From NCBI GenBank assembly GCA_039028935.1, contig JBCCHD010000002.1, forward strand, positions 161,864-225,863: a stretch of 64,000 nucleotides of DNA. Reading direction: 5' to 3'. The stretch is from Pseudomonadota bacterium. Its GTDB lineage: Bacteria; Pseudomonadota; Gammaproteobacteria; Steroidobacterales; SZUA-146. Made by a program: the position numbers and the translations under genes. Below are positions 57,318-64,000 of this stretch, piece by piece; the first letter of the stretch is position 1; each line of letters begins with the position of its first letter. The notes below the pieces were generated by a model. That model saw only the letters and a program-made list of their open reading frames with translations, was not told where the DNA came from and did no database searches.

Positions 57318-57959
57318 CTAGTTGTTGCGCGCTTGTGCCTTTAGCTGCTTGAAGCGTTCCGCGTCGGCGGCAAACTCCGCTTTGATTTGATTTTGCTCAT
57401 GTCGCAGCGTTTGCACGGTCTGCATGTGCTCGGCCATTGCCCGCTCGGTGTGGATGATGAGCTGAGCCAAATCCTCCGGGAGAGGGGGCAGGTCGGATTC
57501 TTCGTTATACGGGAAGTTGAACTTGCGGGTTTCGGTTTCAAGTTCTTCCCAACGCGACTGCAAGGTGCCGAGATACTGACGGATGACGCCCACCTGCGCT
57601 TCGATGGCCATCAAGCGGCGATCGCGCAGCATAGCGATTTCATCTACAGAGAGATAGGTGTCGAGCAGCACCCGGTCGCGTTCGCGCTGGCGTTCAACTT
57701 CGGCGGCCTGCGCTTGAAGTTCGGCTTGATGCTTGGCGTCAGCGATGAGTTCGGCGTCGGTTTTTTCGCGGTCGAGCTTTTTGACCGTAACACCTTGCTC
57801 ATTCAGAACATGTCGTTCTTTGTTGGCATATTTAGCCGGTACCGAGTCGCCGTAATGCGTGACGCCGTTTTCGTCCACCCATTTGAACATCTGCTCGGCG
57901 GCCACGGGGGCTGCCAGCATGAGCGCGGTCAAACAAAGAATGGGTCGGGATAGCGTCAC
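57318..57959 (-). CDS. DUF4124 domain-containing periplasmic protein with a coiled-coil tail
   Basis: A signal peptide is followed by MFKWVDENGVTHYGDSVP (the DUF4124 signature). A long helical Glu/Arg/Gln-rich region follows. The start is a GTG. Confidence 0.75.
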   Translation of the reverse strand: MTLSRPILCLTALMLAAPVAAEQMFKWVDENGVTHYGDSVPAKYANKERHVLNEQGVTVKKLDREKTDAELIADAKHQAELQAQAAEVERQRERDRVLLDTYLSVDEIAMLRDRRLMAIEAQVGVIRQYLGTLQSRWEELETETRKFNFPYNEESDLPPLPEDLAQLIIHTERAMAEHMQTVQTLRHEQNQIKAEFAADAERFKQLKAQARNN

Positions 57960-58058
57960 GTCAACTCCAGATTACATAAAACAACGGGTTGCTCTCTAAT
58001 TAGCCACATTTATAGCACAATACCCTCATAATCCTGTGTGATCGGGGTCGCGAAAGGC

Positions 58059-58721
58059 TCAGGATTCTGACGATTTTTCACCATAACGTTCGCGATACGC
58101 CGTCAGTGCATCCAAATGCGATTCGAGCTCCGGGTCGTGCTGTTCGCGGATAAATCCAAACAGGTCGTCTAGTCGGACAAGGCTCACCACGTCGAGTTCG
58201 TGAACTTTCGTAACCTCTTGAATCGCCGATAATTCTCCTTTTCCTCTTTCTTGTCTATCGAGTGCGATAAGCGCACCGCAGGCCGTGGCATCAGCGGCGT
58301 TGATCGTCGCGATCGCTTCGCCGATGGCGGTGCCCGCCGTAATCACATCGTCCACGATCATCACACGACCCGCTAACGGCGCACCCACAATTTTGCCACC
58401 CTCGCCGTGGGCTTTGGCCTCTTTGCGATCAAACGCATACGGCACGTCGCGGCCGTGGTCATGGTAAAGCGCAGCGGCGGTCACCGAGGCGAGCGGAATG
58501 CCCTTGTAAGCGGGGCCGAACAGCATGTCGAATTCAACACCTGAGTCCACCAGCGCCTGAGCGTAATACGCGCCCAGTTTGGCCAGCGCGGCACCACTAT
58601 TGAACAAACCTGCGTTAAAAAAGTAGGGACTCGTGCGGCCCGACTTGAGCGTGAATTCGCCAAATCGAAGCACACCCAGTTTTACCGCGAGCTGAAGGAA
58701 TTCGTGCGTGTAATGAGTCAT
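58059..58721 (-). CDS. pyrE: Orotate phosphoribosyltransferase
   Basis: Family blocks are [19 protein letters not shown] and GPAYKGIP. The PRPP loop is [14 protein letters not shown] chose the ATG at 58721 (MTHYTHEF). Confidence 0.93.
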   Translation of the reverse strand: MTHYTHEFLQLAVKLGVLRFGEFTLKSGRTSPYFFNAGLFNSGAALAKLGAYYAQALVDSGVEFDMLFGPAYKGIPLASVTAAALYHDHGRDVPYAFDRKEAKAHGEGGKIVGAPLAGRVMIVDDVITAGTAIGEAIATINAADATACGALIALDRQERGKGELSAIQEVTKVHELDVVSLVRLDDLFGFIREQHDPELESHLDALTAYRERYGEKSSES

Positions 58722-58876
58722 GTTGAGTACCAAACGGAATCGCGAGTGTTGTGCATCATGGCGTGTCGAGTCGATTGTGGTGAATCGTGATTTGTTCTGA
58801 TATTTAACGAACGAATGCTGAGCTTCACCGTGTGGTTGGGTATGATACACGCCTCACTAATCGTTGGGGAGAGACG

Positions 58877-59680
58877 TTGCGAATTATCAGTGTCAATACG
58901 AACGGCATCCGTGCCGCGGCGCGCAAGGGTTTTTTTCAGTGGCTCTCACGGCAGCGCGCCGATGTGTGTTGCGTACAGGAGACCAAGGCACAAATCGATC
59001 AGCTAACCGACCCGGTGTTCCACCCCAACAACCATCATGTTTACTACGTTGATGCGGTAAAAAAAGGCTACAGCGGTGTGGCGATTTACAGCCGCCACAA
59101 GCCACGCAAAGTGATTCGCACACTCAAAGAGGCATGCGGTGGGCAAGACGCATGGCAGGAGTTTGATGACGAAGGGCGTTTTGTCGAAGTGCAGTTTGGC
59201 AATCTGAGTGTCATCAGCGCCTACTTACCGTCGGGTTCGTCCAGCGACGTACGCCAGGACGCCAAATGGCGATTCCTCAATCTGTTTTTGCCGTATCTAA
59301 AGTCGCTCAAGAAGAAAAAACGCGACTATGTGATCTGTGGCGATTGGAACATTGCTCACAAAAACGAAGATATTCGCAACTGGAAGGGCAATCAGAAAAA
59401 CTCGGGCTTCACACCGGAAGAGCGAGCGTGGCTCGACGAGGTGTTTGGGCCCGTGGGTCTGATCGACAGCTTCCGACAGCTCAAACAAAAAGAGCATGAG
59501 TACACTTGGTGGTCCAATCGCGGCCAGGCTTGGGCGAATAACGTGGGGTGGCGCATAGACTACCAGGTGTGTACGCCAGGAATAGGTCAGACGCTCACTA
59601 AAACCCGTGTCTATCGCGACAAGCGCTTCTCTGATCACGCGCCACTCATCCACGACTACGATTTTAAGCTCGACGTCTAA
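58877..59680 (+). CDS. xthA: Exodeoxyribonuclease III
   Basis: Family blocks are RIISVNTNGIRAA, DVCCVQETK, GDWNIAH, WSNRG and DHAPL. I chose the TTG at 58877, preceded by GGGGAGAG. The tracked ORF starts at 58832 and overlaps pyrE divergently. Confidence 0.88.
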   Translation: MRIISVNTNGIRAAARKGFFQWLSRQRADVCCVQETKAQIDQLTDPVFHPNNHHVYYVDAVKKGYSGVAIYSRHKPRKVIRTLKEACGGQDAWQEFDDEGRFVEVQFGNLSVISAYLPSGSSSDVRQDAKWRFLNLFLPYLKSLKKKKRDYVICGDWNIAHKNEDIRNWKGNQKNSGFTPEERAWLDEVFGPVGLIDSFRQLKQKEHEYTWWSNRGQAWANNVGWRIDYQVCTPGIGQTLTKTRVYRDKRFSDHAPLIHDYDFKLDV

Positions 59681-59686
59681 TAAAAG

Positions 59687-60973
59687 ATGGTTGCATTCAC
59701 CGACAAACGCTTTTGGACCACGCTGTTCAATCGGCGCATGCTCGTGTGTCTGTTCACCGGCTTTGCGTCGGGTTTACCGCTTTATATTCTGATTCAACAG
59801 GTGCCCGCCTGGCTGCGGGTAGAGGGGATTGACCTTAAAACCATCGGTCTTTTTGCGTTAATCGGTTTTCCCTACACATGGAAGTTTATTTGGGCGCCGC
59901 TGATGGACCGCTACACGCTGCCACTGCTCGGTAGACGTCGTGGTTGGATGCTCGTCACGCAGATCGCATTAGTGTTGCTCATTGCCAGTCTGTCGCTGGT
60001 TAAACCGGCTGAGAGTCTGTCGCTGCTATTGGTGTTGGTGGGGGGCATCGCCTTTTTCTCGGCGAGTCAGGACATTGTGCTCGATGCCTATCGCCGCGAG
60101 CTGCTGTCCGACGACGAGCTCGGTGTCGGCAACTCTTATTTCATCAACGCGTATAAGATTTCATCGCTGGTGCCCGGGTCGCTCGCACTGATTTTGGCCG
60201 ACTACATGCCTTGGAGCACGGTCAATATGATTGTGGCGGCATTCATGTTGGTTGGGGTGCTCACAACATTGGTGTGCGACGAGCCCGAGCACTCTGGCAA
60301 GGCGCCCGATAATTTACTCGATGCGATTGTGGAGCCGTTTGTCGAATTCTTTAGCAAAAGCCGGAACCTCAGTAAGGCTGGGGCCATTTTGCTGTTCATG
60401 ATGCTTTACAAGCTTGGCGACAACATGGCCGTAGCGCTTGAAACACCATTTTTCATCGACATGGGCTACTCGCTCACGGAAATTGGTGCAGTGGCCAAAG
60501 CCTGCAAGCTGTGGGCCGCGGTGGTGGGGTCGATTATCGGCGGCGTGATGATGATTAAACTCGGCATCAATCGAGCGCTATGGGTGTTTGGGGTTGCGCA
60601 GATCGTCTCAATCTTGGGCTATGCCTGGTTGGCCTCGCTACAGGGGCAGGACAGTTTCGTGCTGTTTGGCACATCGATGTCGATGCTGGTGCCGCTCGGC
60701 GCGGCGGTCAGCCTCGAGTACCTCGGCGTGGGTTTGGGGCAAGTGGCGCTCATCGCCTTTATGGCGAGGCTGTGCAACACGGAGTTTACGGCAACGCAGT
60801 TTGCGCTGTTGTCGAGCTTGGCGGCGGTGCCGCGCACCCTGGCATCGGCAAGCACTGGCTTTCTGATTGAGGCGATGGGCTATGAGAAGTTCTTTTTACT
60901 GTGTTTTGCCTGTGCAATTCCGGGCATGCTAATGCTGTTTATTGTTGCGCCCTGGAACGAGTCCTCTGACTGA
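59687..60973 (+). CDS. ampG: AmpG-family muropeptide MFS permease
   Basis: Family blocks are GFASGLPLYIL, FPYTWKFIWAPLMDRY and GRRRGWML. The MFS topology is seen. Confidence 0.9.
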   Translation: MVAFTDKRFWTTLFNRRMLVCLFTGFASGLPLYILIQQVPAWLRVEGIDLKTIGLFALIGFPYTWKFIWAPLMDRYTLPLLGRRRGWMLVTQIALVLLIASLSLVKPAESLSLLLVLVGGIAFFSASQDIVLDAYRRELLSDDELGVGNSYFINAYKISSLVPGSLALILADYMPWSTVNMIVAAFMLVGVLTTLVCDEPEHSGKAPDNLLDAIVEPFVEFFSKSRNLSKAGAILLFMMLYKLGDNMAVALETPFFIDMGYSLTEIGAVAKACKLWAAVVGSIIGGVMMIKLGINRALWVFGVAQIVSILGYAWLASLQGQDSFVLFGTSMSMLVPLGAAVSLEYLGVGLGQVALIAFMARLCNTEFTATQFALLSSLAAVPRTLASASTGFLIEAMGYEKFFLLCFACAIPGMLMLFIVAPWNESSD

Positions 60974-61108
60974 TCATGAATCAATACGGCGATCAATTCG
61001 AAGGGAGTGCGGCAGGTGTGGCGGTATCGCACATCACACGAACCGGCGCGGGCATTGGTGAGTGGCCCTCGCGCCGCGGCAGAATGCTAATCACTTGCCA
61101 AAGTAAAA

Positions 61109-61486
61109 ATGAGTGCAATAAAAATGTCTGATGACGGTAAGACATGGCACGAAGTCTGTTCCCTCGATGAGATCGGTGACCCCGGCGCGTTTGGGTTTAA
61201 AACGATGGCGGGTGAGCACCCCGTATTCGGATTTGTGGTGCAAAAAAACGGCCAGGTGTACGGCTACAAAAATTCTTGCCCGCATGCGGGCCGCCCGCTG
61301 GATTGGGCGCCGCATGCATTTCTAACTAAAACCAAAGAACACATCATGTGCTCAGCCCACGGTGCCATGTTCGAATTGGAGAACGGACTGTGTGTCGGCG
61401 GTCCGTGCCTCGGTCGCTCTCTTGCGCCGTGGAACGTCGAAGTGCGCGACAACACAATTTATGCCGAACCGCCGCCTGTGTGGTGA
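61109..61486 (+). CDS. Rieske [2Fe-2S] domain protein
   Basis: The ligand motifs are CPHAGRPLDW (CxH) and CSAHGAMFE (CxxH). An alternative ATG lies at 61124. Confidence 0.85.
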   Translation: MSAIKMSDDGKTWHEVCSLDEIGDPGAFGFKTMAGEHPVFGFVVQKNGQVYGYKNSCPHAGRPLDWAPHAFLTKTKEHIMCSAHGAMFELENGLCVGGPCLGRSLAPWNVEVRDNTIYAEPPPVW

Positions 61487-61540
61487 CGGTGACTCGAACA
61501 ATGTGGGAAGCATGCGGTGAGCTCGATAGCAACCGCGTTA

Positions 61541-63919
61541 TCACTGTGGCAGCACAGGTCCAACAGCCTGGGTGAAGTCGGTGGATGCGTAATCAAGCGT
61601 GAACGGCTGACCGTCGATCGCCGCGCCTGTGGTATCACCAAATACGCCAATGCGCGCCGAATCGGCGGCGTGATCCAAGATGCGCACGGTTTTCTCGCTC
61701 TCAAGCAGGTAGCCCGGTGCGGCGAACAGCGAGAGCGCGGCATCGGTAATGTCGATGCTGGCCGCCCCCGTTGCGTTGATGGCTGCGCGAGACGATTCGC
61801 TTTCGGCGACTTCGATACGCAGCATCGAACTCAATCCAGAAAACGTTAACGCTCGGTTGTCGATCTTAAGCTGCCCGCCACCCATTGAGGTCACGGCACC
61901 GGATACGCGCGTATCGGAAGTCAGAATAAACGACGCTGCTTCGCCTTCAATGGTGATGCTACCCGCCAGATCGATGTCGCCGTCATTGTCACCCGCGCTC
62001 AGGGTGCTGGCGCCGGTACCCGACGCGACCAAATCGATCGTTGGGGGCAGTACAATGGACGCATTGCTGTTGTTTTGCATGATTACGCTACGCGACGCGG
62101 TGCCAGATGTGTGCATCACAATTGTGCCTTGACCGCTGAGCGCTGTGTCAAAATCAAACGCCAGACGCGCGGGCAAAAGTGGGTCGTTGGCGGTGGCATC
62201 GAGTGTGAGCGTGCGGTCCTGCAGCGTGATATTGCTTGCTGCAAGCGTGGCGCCACTGGCAATCGTGACGTCAGCATCCAGCGTCATATTGGTCAGGCTT
62301 AGTGTTTCGCCATTGGCAAGATTGAACGGCGTGTCGCTTTTGACAGTTCCAAACGAGAAACCGATTTCGTCGTCGGTGTCGATGTCGTTCGCAATCGCAA
62401 TGCGCCATCGCTGCGCATCGATTTCAATCGTGCCTGAATCAAGTGGCAACAATTGCCGAAGTTCCACATTGTTGTCTTGGTCGGGGTGCACAATGTAAAA
62501 GTCGGGTGCAAGCAGGGAGTAAAAACGCCCGATAATGAGGTCGGAGCGCGTGATGTCCACTGGTTGACCGCCCGATCCAATAAAGGGCAACAGGGCCTGA
62601 CTATTGGTGACCGTGTAAGTGCCTTGATTGAGCAATCGGGTGGGCCAGTTCAGCGTGCACTCATCGGCGGTAAGCGTGCCTCCAGGAGTGTTGATCAATA
62701 CGCTGTCGCCCACGTTGGTGTTGCCGTCGACCAATTCGGTAATACGGCTTCCCGACTCGCAGGTCAGGTCGCCGGCATTCGACAGCGAGCCGAAGCGCGG
62801 TAGCTGCAGCGTGGCATTGTTCGTGAGCGTAATATCGCCGTCAATCGAGAGCGACTGACCGTTAATATAACCGTTGGCACCCGGCGCTACGCGAAGTTCG
62901 ATATTCTCGCCGAGTTCACCGAATTGACCACCGTTTGCCCCGAACGAGAGGAGTCCAGGCGAAGAATCGCTCGCTTTGCCAGAAATGGAAATGGTGCCCG
63001 ACCCGTCAAACGCAAAGCCTTCCATGCTAAATATTTCAGGCCGATCAGGTTCTGACTGAATGTGAACGGTTGCCCCGTCCAGAGTTAATCGCTGAGAGCT
63101 GAAAATACCTTTTGTGCCAGGCGGTATTACGACATCAACCGCGGTAGTCACGCTGTTAGCGGGTGTCACTGATTCGAGCCGGCTTTCATTGTCGAATCGA
63201 ATCTGACTTGACTGGCCCATCTCACGGATGACTTCAACGTGGAGCGTTCCTCCCTGCAATAAAACGGTGCCGTTCAAATCTAATCCGCTGAACGGGTAGA
63301 CGTCGCCGCCTTGCTCGATGATGAGCTGCCCATTCATCGCGAAACCTTTAGGGACGGTGAGACCATTAAACACGCGTAGATTGCCGTCTAATTGCAGGCT
63401 TTTCGCGCTATGAGCAATGGTAGGGGCGCTCGTCACGAACTCGTCCGGACCAGTATTTACGATGGCATGCGTAAACAAATAGGTGGGTAGCGTGGCTGGC
63501 CGCCAGTTGTGCCGATTGCCCCAATCGCCCGAGCCGCCCAGCCATCGCACCACAATGGCCGGGCCGGGTCGTCCGTTGTTCAAGCCGAGTTTGAACCAAC
63601 GCACATCGATAAAGTTGACGATACCGTCTTCGTTAAAGTCTGCGGGTTTGTTTTGAGTGAGAAAAACGTCGCGCAAAAGCGCAAAGTCTTTGAGATCGAT
63701 ACTGTCATCGTTGTTCAGATCCTGATCGCAGGCATTACCCCAGCCGTCGCCGTCCGCGTCGAACTGCGAGGGATTCGGGCGTGTGTAGCAGTTGTCGTAG
63801 AGATTGATGATGCCGTCGTTGTCGTCATCGTTTTGCAGCTCCGCTTGGGCGCGCGCGTCGGGCGCGATCAATAGCGTTATAAGAAGCAATCCTGTGGAAA
63901 GTATCGACTGAGTATTCAT
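61541..63919 (-). CDS. Large secreted protein: thrombospondin-type-3 and dockerin-like Ca2+-binding N-terminus plus a beta-helix-like repetitive body
   Basis: The signal peptide reads [24 protein letters not shown]. The TSP3 motif is [35 protein letters not shown]. The EF-hand/dockerin-like pair is [13 protein letters not shown]...[13 protein letters not shown]. About 650 aa rich in short G/T/S/N/L repeats follow. I chose the ATG at 63919. Confidence 0.8.
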   Translation of the reverse strand: MNTQSILSTGLLLITLLIAPDARAQAELQNDDDNDGIINLYDNCYTRPNPSQFDADGDGWGNACDQDLNNDDSIDLKDFALLRDVFLTQNKPADFNEDGIVNFIDVRWFKLGLNNGRPGPAIVVRWLGGSGDWGNRHNWRPATLPTYLFTHAIVNTGPDEFVTSAPTIAHSAKSLQLDGNLRVFNGLTVPKGFAMNGQLIIEQGGDVYPFSGLDLNGTVLLQGGTLHVEVIREMGQSSQIRFDNESRLESVTPANSVTTAVDVVIPPGTKGIFSSQRLTLDGATVHIQSEPDRPEIFSMEGFAFDGSGTISISGKASDSSPGLLSFGANGGQFGELGENIELRVAPGANGYINGQSLSIDGDITLTNNATLQLPRFGSLSNAGDLTCESGSRITELVDGNTNVGDSVLINTPGGTLTADECTLNWPTRLLNQGTYTVTNSQALLPFIGSGGQPVDITRSDLIIGRFYSLLAPDFYIVHPDQDNNVELRQLLPLDSGTIEIDAQRWRIAIANDIDTDDEIGFSFGTVKSDTPFNLANGETLSLTNMTLDADVTIASGATLAASNITLQDRTLTLDATANDPLLPARLAFDFDTALSGQGTIVMHTSGTASRSVIMQNNSNASIVLPPTIDLVASGTGASTLSAGDNDGDIDLAGSITIEGEAASFILTSDTRVSGAVTSMGGGQLKIDNRALTFSGLSSMLRIEVAESESSRAAINATGAASIDITDAALSLFAAPGYLLESEKTVRILDHAADSARIGVFGDTTGAAIDGQPFTLDYASTDFTQAVGPVLPQ

Positions 63920-64000
63920 AGCGGGCTCGGCGCCGGTGATTATTGTTGTCAGCGCGTGAGACGAGTATAGCACCGCCACACAGGCAGGCTGATGCGCAGC

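Noticed and set aside
57387-57953. 188-aa plus-strand ORF
   Set aside because: It is antisense to the DUF4124/coiled-coil gene. Antisense frames of this kind often stay open by chance opposite repetitive coiled-coil coding sequence.

Overview
This is a 64-kb chromosomal segment with gammaproteobacterial gene order (ftsYEX-rpoH, rsmD-coaD-yfhL, mutM, rpmB-rpmG, radC, coaBC-dut, pyrE, xthA, ampG). A marine, Cellvibrionales/OM60-like origin is only an inference from gene content. I support about 60 protein-coding genes. Three of them needed calling or re-starting by hand because they fall below or are masked in the ORF track: type-B L36, L33 and dodecin. I recognised no rRNA, tRNA, CRISPR array, transposase or integrase. 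Accessory modules sit between the housekeeping genes. (1) A RES/Xre-DUF2384 type II toxin-antitoxin pair lies between hemH and phrB, next to a 510-bp non-coding gap that contains a nested stem-loop element. (2) A translationally coupled cytochrome P450 and fatty-acyl-AMP-ligase/carrier-protein operon is divergent from a DUF374 acyltransferase. (3) An ECF sigma factor with a co-translated membrane partner is followed on the same strand by a secreted alpha/beta hydrolase, a NatAB-like ABC exporter and DUF3465. (4) A Hanks-type Ser/Thr kinase with TPR repeats is followed by a Sigma70_ECF (ECF43-like) sigma factor with no anti-sigma gene; I consider this the most interesting regulatory pair in the window. 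(5) A TonB-dependent receptor/PepSY operon with a candidate Fur box is divergent from a small secreted protein carrying a VPLPA/PEP-CTERM-type sorting tail. (6) Cysteine-poor ribosomal paralogs rpmE2-rpmJ2 are present. (7) A 792-aa secreted protein has thrombospondin-type-3 and dockerin-like calcium motifs followed by a beta-helix-like body. All functional calls come from reading the translated sequences and motifs by eye. No database search was run, and start codons are the least certain part of the annotation.
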